Shown piece by piece: positions 1 to 9,862 of a stretch of 60,997 nucleotides of DNA (positions are counted from its first letter, which is position 1; every line of letters starts with the position of its first letter). Below the pieces are notes generated by a model. That model saw only the letters and a program-made list of their open reading frames with translations, was not told where the DNA came from and did not search any database. Made by a program: the position numbers and the translations under genes. Location of the stretch: contig JAPYRI010000005.1 in the NCBI GenBank assembly GCA_029941135.1, positions 1 through 60,997 on the forward strand, read 5' to 3'. The stretch is from Alphaproteobacteria bacterium. Lineage in GTDB: Bacteria > Pseudomonadota > Alphaproteobacteria > JAPYRI01.

Positions 1-780
1 GGCGACAAGTCCGTAGGCCATAGCCTGACTACCCACGACCGATCGGTAAAGGCCCGGCAATATTTTTGCTTTATCAACTTGATAAGGAACAATATTGATC
101 GGCAACTCGGACGTTTCACCATATATGTGGCCGGCATTCAAAGCGGCAATATTCGCTTCGACCACAATCGGTTTTTTCGCAAATTTTACATGGAGCCAAT
201 CCAAAACCGGTCCCCTCTTGCGGCCAAAAAGCCACAGGACCAATCCCAGCGCCCACATATTTTTGCAGCGCAATGCATCTTTGTTGCTGAGCTCAAGGTC
301 CTCGACAGCCTTGATTGTCAAGTCCGAGATCGCAATGTCGAACACTCGATAATTATCAAGCGATCCGTCTTCAAACGGACTTACTTCGTAACCGGCTTTG
401 CGTAGGTTGGCGGGCTTGAATGCTGACGTGTTAACAATAATCAGTCCGCCCGGCTCGATATCACTGATATTTACTTTCAATGCGGCCGGATTTAGAGCTA
501 CCAATACGTCGGGTGCGTCGCCGGCTGTTAGAATTTGGCGCGACCCAAAATTAATTTGAAATGCGGATACACCAAATGTCGTGCCGACCGGCGCCCTAAT
601 TTCCGCTGGGAAATCCGGGAACGTGGCATAATCATTACCCATAAGAGCAGCGGCTACGGTGAACTGGTCACCTGTGATCTGCATTCCATCGCCGGAATCT
701 CCAGCAAATCGAACGACAACAGATTCAACTTTCTCTCGCTGCGGTTCGACCGAGGGCTGAGCCTCGACACTAGCGTTCAT
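1..780 (-). CDS. korA: 2-oxoacid:acceptor (ferredoxin) oxidoreductase subunit alpha, 5' part only (runs off the window edge)
   Basis: Not in the ORF track. Manual translation from ATG at 780 gives MNASVEAQPSVEPQREKVESVVVRFAGDSGDGMQITGDQFT...TFPDFPAEIRAPVGTTFGVSAFQINFG, the typical KorA N-terminus. GAGG RBS lies upstream. Confidence 0.9.
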   Translation of the reverse strand, partial: MNASVEAQPSVEPQREKVESVVVRFAGDSGDGMQITGDQFTVAAALMGNDYATFPDFPAEIRAPVGTTFGVSAFQINFGSRQILTAGDAPDVLVALNPAALKVNISDIEPGGLIIVNTSAFKPANLRKAGYEVSPFEDGSLDNYRVFDIAISDLTIKAVEDLELSNKDALRCKNMWALGLVLWLFGRKRGPVLDWLHVKFAKKPIVVEANIAALNAGHIYGETSELPINIVPYQVDKAKILPGLYRSVVGSQAMAYGLVA

Positions 781-983
781 CTTAAATCCTCAGGTAGCTT
801 GAGCCCGGTTGAAGTACAATTTACTTTCCAGCGCTCTATGCGTAACTCCAAACTGGAACATACCCCCCGGCACGGCAGGTCAACAACAACATTTACCTGA
901 ATTTTGTCAAAATGTGGCATTTTTGCCGACAAGTTCTGGACAAGGCGGCAGACCACACCGGTAATCCGTATTGGAGCGTCTTT

Positions 984-2147
984 TTACGACCCCCAATCCT
1001 GAAGGCGACGCACCGCCTCCCGCAATTCCTCGGTCGCTCCAGCATAGGATATTCGCAAGCTCGTATGCCCGGACACGAGGTCAAAATCCGTCCCTGGCGT
1101 GAAAGCAACACCTGTCTCCGCCATCACACGGCGGCAGAATTCCTCGCTGTCTTGGGTCAAGTCGCTGACGTCGGCATACAAGTAAAAAGCGCCATCGGAC
1201 GGGGCGAAACGCTGAAAGCCTGCTTTCGGCAATTCTTTCAACAATAGATCCCGATTCACTTGATACCGGGTAACGTGTTCGTCGAGCTCATCCATTCCAT
1301 CAAAAGCCGCCAATGCCGCGTGCTGGGATAATGTTGGCGGCGAAATAAACAAATTTTGAGCGAGCCTCTCCATGGGCCGAACCAGCACCTCCGGCACGAT
1401 CACCCAGCCCAATCGCCATCCCGTCATACTAAAATACTTGGAAAAACTGTTAATCACGATGGCGTCGTCTGAAAATGACAGGGCCGTGTCCGCTCTGCGG
1501 TCATAGGTGATGCCATGATAAATTTCATCGGAAACAAACCAAATATTTCTTGCAGAGCACCAATTGATCAGCTCGCGAAAATCATCGGTCGACATCATGG
1601 TGCCGGTCGGATTTGCCGGACTTGCGACCAAAAGCCCGTTCAAGTCGGCAGCAACCGGTTCGAGCAGTTCTGGAGCCGGCTGATATCGGGTTTCTTCACC
1701 GGCGGTCAGTGAAACCGGTACGAGCCCGAGCGCTTTCATAATATTGCGATAAGCGGGATAGCCGGGTTCGGCTAACGCAATTCGGTCCCCTGCATCAAAT
1801 GCCGCGAGAAACGACATGACAAATGCGCCAGAAGATCCTGCCGTTATTATAATCCGTCCAGGGTCAACATTGACCCTGTAATACTCATTGTAGTGACGGG
1901 CAAGTCGGTCCCGAAGCTGCGAAATGCCGTGCGCCTCGGTGTAACCAATTTTGTCGGATGCCAAAGCTTTTTGAGCCGCTTTAAGAACAGTGACAGGCGC
2001 ACTGGTACTCGGTTGGCCAACTTCCAAGTGAACTATATTGTCCCCCTTGGCTTCACGCTCATTCGCCAATTTCATTACATCCATGGCGATGAATGACGCG
2101 ATGTCACTGCGCGATGACGGGCCAAGTTTCGTATTTTTCGATTTCAT
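984..2147 (-). CDS. PLP-dependent aminotransferase class I/II (aspartate aminotransferase-like)
   Basis: Motifs HLEVGQP, SPANPTG, SDEIYHG and INSFSKYFSMTGWRLGW (PLP lysine). Start moved to MKSK at 2147; the ORF extends to 2216. Confidence 0.9.
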   Translation of the reverse strand: MKSKNTKLGPSSRSDIASFIAMDVMKLANEREAKGDNIVHLEVGQPSTSAPVTVLKAAQKALASDKIGYTEAHGISQLRDRLARHYNEYYRVNVDPGRIIITAGSSGAFVMSFLAAFDAGDRIALAEPGYPAYRNIMKALGLVPVSLTAGEETRYQPAPELLEPVAADLNGLLVASPANPTGTMMSTDDFRELINWCSARNIWFVSDEIYHGITYDRRADTALSFSDDAIVINSFSKYFSMTGWRLGWVIVPEVLVRPMERLAQNLFISPPTLSQHAALAAFDGMDELDEHVTRYQVNRDLLLKELPKAGFQRFAPSDGAFYLYADVSDLTQDSEEFCRRVMAETGVAFTPGTDFDLVSGHTSLRISYAGATEELREAVRRLQDWGS

Positions 2148-2289
2148 CTTTCTGCCCGTTACTGACGCATTAGAGGGAACGCGACCGCAGAATAAGCCCA
2201 GCTTGCTGACATGCAACGAAAATCATGGGATGGTGTTCAAAGAGGGTCTTAATTGATTGGGATGTTTAATCCGACGCAGGAATATTGCC

Positions 2290-2697
2290 ATGTTTAATAT
2301 TTTGGGAATCGATCACATTGTGCTCCGTACCAAGGATGTGAATGGCATGCTGGCGTTTTATACCGAAGTTCTCGGATGCCCCTTGGAGCGTCAATTGACG
2401 GAATTTGGTCTTTTTCAACTCAGAGCCGGGAAATCGCTGATCGATTTGGTGGATGTCGATGGACCAATCGGAAAATCGGCTGGGGAGGCGCCTGGCAACG
2501 AGGCGCGGAACGTAGATCATTTTTGTCTTCGTATCGATCCCTTTGAGCCCACTGCGATATTCCGGCATTTAGACCAGCACAAAGTGACCCACAGTGAGGC
2601 TGAGGAAAGGTACGGGGCCGAAGGTAATGGGCTTTCGATTTATATCTCAGACCCGGAAGGCAATACGGTTGAATTAAAAGGACCAGCCTCAAATTGA
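2290..2697 (+). CDS. VOC/glyoxalase family protein
   Basis: IDHIVLR, FYTEVLG, VDHFCL and YISDPEGNTVELK metal-binding pattern. ATG at 2290 follows AGGA. Confidence 0.85.
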   Translation: MFNILGIDHIVLRTKDVNGMLAFYTEVLGCPLERQLTEFGLFQLRAGKSLIDLVDVDGPIGKSAGEAPGNEARNVDHFCLRIDPFEPTAIFRHLDQHKVTHSEAEERYGAEGNGLSIYISDPEGNTVELKGPASN

Positions 2698-2705
2698 ATC
2701 CAAAT

Positions 2706-3968
2706 TTATGACGTCCGGTTTATATGTTGAAGTAGCAAATCTAACCATTGTTCAGCTCCGCGCTTGGTCTTTTGTTCCAGGGCGGCATGAACAAACGCAT
2801 CTCGCGCTTCTTCATTATTGCCAAGATGAAACTGAGCAATACCGAGTGCAAAGCTGAGTTCTCCAATCCTGTCGCACTCAATTTTCTGAAGCCCTGTCTC
2901 AGCCACCCGAACAACATCTCGCCATCGTTCTTTTCCCAGATACATTTGTGCAAGTCGGACTCGCAGAGCACTGCCAGCCGTTAAGTCGACAGCGTGTTCC
3001 AACGCAAGAGCGGCGGCGTTTTGGTTTTCCGCTGCTACCAAAGCTTCCGCCAGCAACTTCCAATTCTCTGATGTTCCGTCAATAATCCGGTCGTCCAAAC
3101 CTTGACGAACGACACGTGCTGCGCGGTCAGGTAACCCTTCGTGCAAATACAATTGGACAAGGCGCAATAGCTGCTTTTCCTCGATCAACACACCTTGTTT
3201 TTTGGCCATTTCCAGCACGGCGCGCGCTTCAGCCGGTTCTTCCAAACTTTCATAAGCCCAGGCAAGACGGTCCCAATGACGACCTTGTTGAGGCCAATAA
3301 GTGACCATTGTTCTCAAAATAGCGGCCATGCTGGCCACATCACCTACCTCATAATGGAGAACTGACACAAAATGATACCAATCTTCGCGTGGCCGCTTGG
3401 AAAGGCGTACGGCCGAGATTGCCGGAGGCAGTGCCTTGGCGTATTCCGCTAGTTGCGCGTTTACCTGAGCCAGCAGCATGAACGCGGCTGAACTGGGCTT
3501 TTCGGCTTCTTCAAACCAGGCTTTTAAGAGGACGAGCCCAGCGTCTAAATCACCCGCCACCACATAAAGATGGGCCAAATTATATCGAGTTGAACGCGCC
3601 AAAATCTTGTCAAACGCATTCAATGACAGAGCCTCCTCCAGTACCCGAGCCGCTGCCAAATAATCTCCCTGGGCAGCTTTGGTCTGTGACAATATTTGAA
3701 GAGTGATGGCCTTCTCATAAGAGCCTATGTAATTTTCAGCGAGAGTTGCCTCGGCCAAAGTACGCGACTGATTATGGTCGCCGGTCTCGAGAACATTTTG
3801 AAGTTTGGAAATACGCGCATACGCCGCCGGACTCAACATATCACTCGCCGGCACTTCAATCGGCACGGCGATCAATAACCCCCAAATCGAAAACGCGCGA
3901 AAAGCGCGCAAGACCGCCCGATACCAACTCTCAAAAGTGCTTTCATTTTGCCACTGCACAGTGATCAT
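2706..3968 (-). CDS. Tetratricopeptide-repeat periplasmic protein (TtpD-like, last gene of the TonB operon)
   Basis: Ala/Leu-rich helical TPR-like repeats. Overlaps the tonB stop by 4 bp. Confidence 0.75.
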   Translation of the reverse strand: MITVQWQNESTFESWYRAVLRAFRAFSIWGLLIAVPIEVPASDMLSPAAYARISKLQNVLETGDHNQSRTLAEATLAENYIGSYEKAITLQILSQTKAAQGDYLAAARVLEEALSLNAFDKILARSTRYNLAHLYVVAGDLDAGLVLLKAWFEEAEKPSSAAFMLLAQVNAQLAEYAKALPPAISAVRLSKRPREDWYHFVSVLHYEVGDVASMAAILRTMVTYWPQQGRHWDRLAWAYESLEEPAEARAVLEMAKKQGVLIEEKQLLRLVQLYLHEGLPDRAARVVRQGLDDRIIDGTSENWKLLAEALVAAENQNAAALALEHAVDLTAGSALRVRLAQMYLGKERWRDVVRVAETGLQKIECDRIGELSFALGIAQFHLGNNEEARDAFVHAALEQKTKRGAEQWLDLLLQHINRTS

Positions 3969-4582
3969 TCGTCCTGCAGTTCAAACCAAATGCGTACGGT
4001 AAGACCTTCTCGCTCTACCGCCATGCCTTGATCAAATTTAGGGCGATACCGCCATTTTATCACCGCCGCTCGTGCGGCTTGATCAAATACGCCCAGCGGA
4101 TCTGCTCTTAGGACCACAGGTTCAACCACCCTGCCGCTTTTGGAGATTGAAAATTCAAGATCAACCCATCCCTCCAAACCGCGCCTTTTCGCGTGAAGAG
4201 GATATTGCGGGGGAATCCTGTACAAAGGCACTGTATCCATATCCTCACCGGGAAAGAGGAATAGTGGAGGCCCAACAAATCCCAATTCGGAGCTTAACGG
4301 CGGCTGCATAATTGCTGATAAAGATTTTGGTGCCGGTACATATTTATCGGTCAACATCGGCATAGAGGATGGTGCTTTAAGCCGTGTTGGCCGATCTGGG
4401 AGTGCCCGCTTTTTTAGAGTCAGTTGCGGATCCCGTTGTAAACGAATGAAATCTATCGGCAAGCCACGAACAGCGATTAATTCAGTCGGGTCGCCCGGCA
4501 CGATCATTTGCTGAATCATAAAAAATAGGGCAAAAGTCACCAGACCGCCCAATAGAAATGAAATGGGTAGCCGAATGTTCAC
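3965..4582 (-). CDS. tonB: Energy transducer TonB
   Basis: N-terminal TM helix, Pro-rich linker and TonB C-domain (PQYPLHAKRRGLEGWVDLEFSISKSGRV...FDQAARAAVIKWRYRP). Confidence 0.9.
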   Translation of the reverse strand: MNIRLPISFLLGGLVTFALFFMIQQMIVPGDPTELIAVRGLPIDFIRLQRDPQLTLKKRALPDRPTRLKAPSSMPMLTDKYVPAPKSLSAIMQPPLSSELGFVGPPLFLFPGEDMDTVPLYRIPPQYPLHAKRRGLEGWVDLEFSISKSGRVVEPVVLRADPLGVFDQAARAAVIKWRYRPKFDQGMAVEREGLTVRIWFELQDE

Positions 4583-4986
4583 GGTCTCTTTTCGGCAGCA
4601 ATTGAAACGTTTTCGACCCCCGCCAACCGAACCTGATCCATGACTTCGACCAAAGTGCCGGTTCGCGATCCTTTATCCGCTTGAATGATGACGGACCCCT
4701 GTGGATTATCCGCATGCAAGCGCTCAATGTTGGCGCGGACCGCGCGCACATCAATAACTCGATTCTGAACCCAGATTTGATTATCCGCAGCGATGCCAAT
4801 CAAAATATTTCCGCGCACTGACTTAACCGCTGTTTGAGCATGAGGGCGGTCAACCTCGATCCCCGACTCTTTCACGAATGACGCCGTTACAATGAAAAAA
4901 ATCAACATGATGAAAACCACGTCCAACATGGGTGTAAGATCTATAACCGAATCGTCATTGTCGGGGATCGCATGCCTGCGTCGCAT
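4579..4986 (-). CDS. exbD: Biopolymer transporter ExbD
   Basis: IDLTPMLDVVFIMLIFFIVT TM motif with the conserved Asp, and IIQADK. Confidence 0.95.
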   Translation of the reverse strand: MRRRHAIPDNDDSVIDLTPMLDVVFIMLIFFIVTASFVKESGIEVDRPHAQTAVKSVRGNILIGIAADNQIWVQNRVIDVRAVRANIERLHADNPQGSVIIQADKGSRTGTLVEVMDQVRLAGVENVSIAAEKRP

Positions 4987-5000
4987 GGTATTTTCCGCCT

Positions 5001-5528
5001 TTACAAGGTGACTGTGAGACGATTAGCGAAGGTTTGTATTTCTGCCGCCGCCGATCTTCTCAGACGAACATTCAAGCAATATCCGGATAGCGCGACGACC
5101 ATTCCGGCCAAGGTTGGGATGGTCGCCTTGGAAACGCCTGCGGCCATGGCGCGAGGATTACCGGACCCCAAATTTGCCATGACGTCGAATACTTCGATCA
5201 TACCGGTCACAGTGCCTAAAAGCCCGAGCAATGGACAAATGGTAACCAACGACCCAATCAACCCTAGTGAGCGGTTTAATTTTACCGCCAATTCCGAAAT
5301 CAGAGCGTATCGAATACTCTGAGCCGACCATGATTTGCGCTCCACTCGGCATTGCCAATGCTTGATGACCCGCTTTGCTTCCCTCTGATGGCCAATTTTG
5401 AGGTACCAAGCACGCTCTATGATGAGGCTCCACATGACGAGCGTGACCCCCATGATAACAAGAATTATTGGACCGCCGCGGTCAATGAGATCGCTAAATC
5501 CCGCCCAAATGGTTCCAATATCACTCAT
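5001..5528 (-). CDS. exbB: MotA/TolQ/ExbB proton channel, short form
   Basis: PLLGLLGTVTGMI and AAGVSKATIPT motifs. Confidence 0.9.
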   Translation of the reverse strand: MSDIGTIWAGFSDLIDRGGPIILVIMGVTLVMWSLIIERAWYLKIGHQREAKRVIKHWQCRVERKSWSAQSIRYALISELAVKLNRSLGLIGSLVTICPLLGLLGTVTGMIEVFDVMANLGSGNPRAMAAGVSKATIPTLAGMVVALSGYCLNVRLRRSAAAEIQTFANRLTVTL

Positions 5529-6891
5529 TTGATTTGTGCGCGGATTCTGCCCTTAAGGCAACGATTCCCGCACTCTGCTCTTCCAATATATGAATAAGCC
5601 GACTGCTGCGGGCGCGAACGGCGGTGTACATCAAAACCAGGGGAATCGCCGTTATGAGTCCGAGCGCCGTCGTCACCAAGGCCTGCGAGATGCCGCCTGC
5701 CATGAATTTTGGGTCACCAGTTCCAAACAATGTAATCGACTGAAAAGTTTCAATCATTCCGATAACTGTGCCCAACAATCCCAACAAAGGCGCCACTGCC
5801 GCCAAAACACGTATGGTTGGCAGGCCTCTTTCCAGTTTCGGAATTCCATGAAGAACCGCCTCATCCAACTTTAATTCAAGTGTTGCTATATCCACATTTC
5901 GATGATTTTCGTAGGCCGCGATCACATGACCGAGTGGATTGTCCGGACGAGCTTTGTCGCTTGCAAGCTGCATACGTATTCGTCTGTCCATAACGAACAA
6001 ATATAGGGTTCTCTCAAGAACGACACCCAATCCCACGAGAGCAACACAAATAATGACAATCCCGATAATACCCCCTTGGGCAATCCGCTCCCACAAGTTG
6101 GGTGTTTGCAGCAGTAATGCGAGCAATGCGCCGCGTGTCGGGTCAATGGCGACGGCCGTAATATTGTCGCTCGCGGCTTCAAATTCTTCGGCAAGGTCCA
6201 AATACCGCGCAGCGGGTTGTTTGCTCAGCTCGGCCAAACGACCGACGCTCGGCAGGTAAGTTAAATATTGGCCATTGGACAAAGCATTAAAGGCGCCCAC
6301 TCTGACGACATCTCGCAGTTCCTCTTCACCATTCGCCAGGACGACAGGGGCACGAAAACGGGATACTTTCCCATTCTCCGTCATTTCTTTTTGAAGACTG
6401 AACCAAAGACTTCGCAATTCTTCGGTTGACGGTAATTCCCGATTGTCAACAATTTTGGATAATTCTTCCGCGCGCCCCGGAAACTGCGCTGACACGATCG
6501 AAGCCTCGAGAATGTTGCTGGTGTCACCAGCCACAAGCCGCACAACCCCAACCAGTTCCCCCAAATTGCCAAGCCGCGCGGTTAACCTGTTCTCCAGATC
6601 TCCAATGCGTAATTCGTTCTGTTCAAATTTTCCTTCCAGCGCCTCACTTAGTTTTTCTTCCCGTGCAAGTTCTGTTTCGGCTTGCTTGAGCAAAGCAGCT
6701 TGATCTTCTTTATGGGCGAGAAACTCAGCTTCACGTTTGGCGTTTATCTCTTTTTCAGCAGTGCGCCCATTTCTAACCTGCTCCAACAAATGATCTAAAG
6801 TATCGGCCTGCTCTCCCTTCATATTAGCCGAATGAGCAGGCAGACTGCCGAGCACAGCCAGCACGTTAAAAATTGCCCATAATCGCTTCAT
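5521..6891 (-). CDS. Long MotA/TolQ/ExbB protein with periplasmic coiled-coil N-terminus (TtpC-like)
   Basis: Signal peptide, long coiled-coil region, then APLLGLLGTVIGMIETF and AGGISQALVTTALGL. Confidence 0.85.
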   Translation of the reverse strand: MKRLWAIFNVLAVLGSLPAHSANMKGEQADTLDHLLEQVRNGRTAEKEINAKREAEFLAHKEDQAALLKQAETELAREEKLSEALEGKFEQNELRIGDLENRLTARLGNLGELVGVVRLVAGDTSNILEASIVSAQFPGRAEELSKIVDNRELPSTEELRSLWFSLQKEMTENGKVSRFRAPVVLANGEEELRDVVRVGAFNALSNGQYLTYLPSVGRLAELSKQPAARYLDLAEEFEAASDNITAVAIDPTRGALLALLLQTPNLWERIAQGGIIGIVIICVALVGLGVVLERTLYLFVMDRRIRMQLASDKARPDNPLGHVIAAYENHRNVDIATLELKLDEAVLHGIPKLERGLPTIRVLAAVAPLLGLLGTVIGMIETFQSITLFGTGDPKFMAGGISQALVTTALGLITAIPLVLMYTAVRARSSRLIHILEEQSAGIVALRAESAHKSNE

Positions 6892-7706
6892 TGGGACACC
6901 TGACGCATTGCCGCACGCACGGGCAATTCGAGCAAATCCGGCGCCGCTTGTTTGCGGGCAATCATAATTCCGCGACGCAGAGCAGCATCATACTCGTCTG
7001 GCAATGATTGCCATTTATTCGATTCTTGGTCCCAAAAACCCGCAATATTTCCCTCAAGTCCGCGGTAGAGCAAAGCAATTCGCCCTACTCGCAAAACATC
7101 GACGATTCGTTGTCCAGCTTCCAATTCTATGGACGCCCGGTAGGCCTCAATGGTTCGACCGTACTCACTTTCTATTTGGTATGCCTCTATGATCCGCCGG
7201 TACTTTTCGGCGGTCGCCACATCGGACCGGCTCTTCAACTCATTTAGCATTCTCAGTCGCAATGTACGTTCATCAGGCAGGAAAGGGAGGTCTAGGTCGA
7301 CAAATTTTCCCAAGGTGTCGACCATTTCCGTCATGAGTGGAACAATTTCCCTTTCCATCCCCGACGCCCGACCGATTTGATGCTCAATCGAGCTCATTTC
7401 AGCCTTCTGGGCTTCAATCAATTTTTGAATTTCCTGATTATAAGACCGCAAACTGGAGATCTGATGCCGTGTTGCGCGATACGCCTCCAAATATTTTTGG
7501 GTTGCCGCACTCAGTTCCGAAACAATTTTTTGAGAATGTGCTCCTTCAATAGCAACTTGTTTTTCCAATTCAATAATCGGCGATAGTTCTTGCTCACCCC
7601 ATGACTCCGTTAAAGAGAGCATGACTAATGCCCCCACAATGATAATGAGCGCAGGAATTCTCGGCCTAATTGCGGGATGGCAAATAGAATTGAAATATCG
7701 ACTCAT
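6888..7706 (-). CDS. DUF3450 family protein (TtpB-like)
   Basis: DLPFLPDER, AEKYRRIIEAYQIESEYGR, LRVGRIAL and IARKQAAPDLLELP match the family pattern. GGAG RBS. First gene of the TonB operon. Confidence 0.85.
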   Translation of the reverse strand: MSRYFNSICHPAIRPRIPALIIIVGALVMLSLTESWGEQELSPIIELEKQVAIEGAHSQKIVSELSAATQKYLEAYRATRHQISSLRSYNQEIQKLIEAQKAEMSSIEHQIGRASGMEREIVPLMTEMVDTLGKFVDLDLPFLPDERTLRLRMLNELKSRSDVATAEKYRRIIEAYQIESEYGRTIEAYRASIELEAGQRIVDVLRVGRIALLYRGLEGNIAGFWDQESNKWQSLPDEYDAALRRGIMIARKQAAPDLLELPVRAAMRQVSQ

Positions 7707-7824
7707 TCTGTCTCCAATAATCGAAATACTAGCGATTCAGTATTATAATTATCTCGTCGAAATCCATATTGATCTTCGGTTGTTCTTGTATTCCAATTAA
7801 TTGTAGATCGTTCGCCATAAAACT

Positions 7825-7882
7825 GGTCAAATTGACCCAAATTTGATAAACATTAGTGATATCAAATAGTTGTACTACTATT
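7825..7882. promoter_or_regulatory. Cluster of inverted repeats in the AT-rich divergent promoter region (candidate operator sites)
   Basis: GGTCAA-a-TTGACC (7825-7837), ATTTGATA-N11-TATCAAAT (7841-7867) and AATAGT-N6-ACTATT (7865-7882). Confidence 0.35.
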
Positions 7883-8136
7883 CGTAGAACACGTCTTGAA
7901 TTTGGGACATGGGGTGTCATCGAATAGCATGTCTACCACTGGTCACGAAAGCGCCGACTCTCTTAGTCGGTGTACAGAGTTTAATTCCAGTGCCGTTGGT
8001 ACCTATGCGTGGACAAGAGTTTGGTAGCAACGGTCATACGGACGCAAAAAAAATGTAGCACCGAACTCTATTGCCCGGCATCGCTAACTTTTAGACATAC
8101 TAAATGGCGTGAAGATGTTGGTTGGGAGGCAGACAC

Positions 8137-8565
8137 GTGGCGCAAACACTGAACAGGATACTCTCGGTCGAAGATGACCCCGACATCCAAGAGGTCACCC
8201 GACTATCACTCGAAAACGTGGGCGGCTTTACTGTTGAAGTGTGCAGCAGTGGAATGGAAGCACTGAGAGTCGCTCCGGTGTTCAAACCCGACTTGATATT
8301 GTTGGATGCCATAATGCCAGGAATGGACGGGCCTGAAACGCTGCAGGCGCTTCGACGACTGCCAGAAATTGAAACCACTCCAATCGTGTTTATGACTGCT
8401 AAAGTCATGCGCAGCGAAATCGAAAGATTTAAAAAGCTTACGACTCAAGATGTCATTTCAAAACCATTTGACCCGCTCGCACTGCCTGACAAAATCAGGG
8501 AAATTTGGGCCGACCAGAAACCTGGTTACAACTTATGCGGAGTATCGACTGCTTCGGCCAATTAG
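8137..8565 (+). CDS. Single-domain response regulator (CheY-like receiver)
   Basis: ILSVEDD, PDLILLDAIMPGMDG (phospho-Asp), FMTA and KPF. GTG at 8137 follows GGAGG. Confidence 0.9.
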   Translation: MAQTLNRILSVEDDPDIQEVTRLSLENVGGFTVEVCSSGMEALRVAPVFKPDLILLDAIMPGMDGPETLQALRRLPEIETTPIVFMTAKVMRSEIERFKKLTTQDVISKPFDPLALPDKIREIWADQKPGYNLCGVSTASAN

Positions 8566-8637
8566 CAGCGCCTAAAATTAATCAATACTGACCTGCATGA
8601 ATAGAGCGAGAGCCTTATTTTGAAACTCTGTTGAATA

Positions 8638-8679
8638 ATATGTGTATATTACATATATTGTAATTCACATGCATATGCA
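8638..8679. promoter_or_regulatory. Palindromes upstream of the efflux operon, candidate MarR operator
   Basis: ATATGT-N7-ACATAT (8638-8656) and the perfect palindrome TGCATATGCA (8670-8679) in AT-rich DNA upstream of an operon encoding a MarR regulator. Confidence 0.35.
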
Positions 8680-8745
8680 GACGCAGTACCTAGCCTGGAG
8701 ACCTACCTCAATACCCTTGAGAGTGAAATTGAGTTTGCCGTCGCC

Positions 8746-9855
8746 ATGACACCATCCAGAAAACCGATATTGGTAGCAGTTCTTTTAATTGTCACTGCAG
8801 TTGCTGGCATTGCCGTTGCGCAATGGTGGATGGAAGTACGCTTTCACGAGTCCACGAATAACGCTTATATATCTGGCGACATAACCGCATTTAGTCCCAA
8901 AGTATCCGGGTATGTGAAAGAAGTTTTGGTCAGCGATAATCAACTTGTGCAGAAGGGTGATGTGCTGGTGATTATCGAGGACTTGGAGTATGCGGCAAAA
9001 GTTGAACGGGCACAGGCCGCGGTCACGAGGGCACAAGCTGGTCTGGTCAATATTGAGCAAAGGCGCTTGTTGCAAGCTGCCTTGATCGATGAAGCAGAAG
9101 CGTATACCGACGCCCATCAGGCGGATTTAGAGCGAACCACAAAGGACTTGGATCGAGCCAGACAACTGGTTTCCGACGGGTGGGTCAGTAAGCAAGGTGA
9201 GGATTACGCGACAACGGATGAGTTGAGGGCGCGAGCAACTTTGGCGAGCTCTCAAGCGGCTACGTCTGCAGCAAAGCAGAGGCTCGTTGTCCTTGACTCC
9301 GAGAAGCATCAATTACTCGCGGAAGTTTCCCAAGCCGAGGCCGACTTAAGGCTGGCAAAGATTGATTTACGTTCGACAGTAATGAGAGCCCCAACCTCTG
9401 GAACCGTTGGAAATCGTCGCGTACGGGCAGGCGAATATGTACGTCCAGGCACTCGTTTGCTTGCCCTGGTTCCTCTCCAGAGCGTTTGGGTCGTGGCAAA
9501 TTTCAAAGAAACACAACTGACACATATGCGACCGGGTAACATCGCCGAAGTAACCGTTGATACATTTCTTAGCAAACCCTTCCGCGGTATTGTTGACAGC
9601 ATTTCGCCCGCTAGTGGTGCGGAATTTAGTTTGTTGCCACCTGAAAACGCGACTGGGAATTTTACTAAAGTTGTTCAACGGATACCGGTCAAAATAGTTT
9701 TGCCGGCAGACAATCCGCTGATCGGCCGGCTGGCCCCCGGCATGTCGGTCTATGTCACGGTAGATACTCATTCAGGTGACGCGTCGGCAGCCGACTCCAG
9801 CCGAAAGGCGATAAAACACAATGCGACTAAGTACAATTTGAGCGAGATCCGGTAG
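8746..9855 (+). CDS. emrA: HlyD/EmrA family efflux membrane-fusion protein
   Basis: STNNAY, VSDNQLVQKGDVL and FSLLPPENATGNFTKVVQRIPVKI. Confidence 0.9.
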   Translation: MTPSRKPILVAVLLIVTAVAGIAVAQWWMEVRFHESTNNAYISGDITAFSPKVSGYVKEVLVSDNQLVQKGDVLVIIEDLEYAAKVERAQAAVTRAQAGLVNIEQRRLLQAALIDEAEAYTDAHQADLERTTKDLDRARQLVSDGWVSKQGEDYATTDELRARATLASSQAATSAAKQRLVVLDSEKHQLLAEVSQAEADLRLAKIDLRSTVMRAPTSGTVGNRRVRAGEYVRPGTRLLALVPLQSVWVVANFKETQLTHMRPGNIAEVTVDTFLSKPFRGIVDSISPASGAEFSLLPPENATGNFTKVVQRIPVKIVLPADNPLIGRLAPGMSVYVTVDTHSGDASAADSSRKAIKHNATKYNLSEIR

Positions 9856-9862
9856 GCCGAAG

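Noticed and set aside
79-900. Plus-strand ORFs 79-405, 95-352 and 535-900
   Set aside because: They are shadows of the minus-strand korA-like gene (1-780) that the ORF track missed because it runs off the edge.
7843-7865. FNR/FixK box (TTGAT...ATCAA)
   Set aside because: The half-sites are 13 bp apart rather than the required 4 bp.
7729-7920. 63-aa minus-strand ORF upstream of the TonB operon
   Set aside because: It lies in AT-rich promoter-like DNA with palindromes and shows no recognisable protein features.
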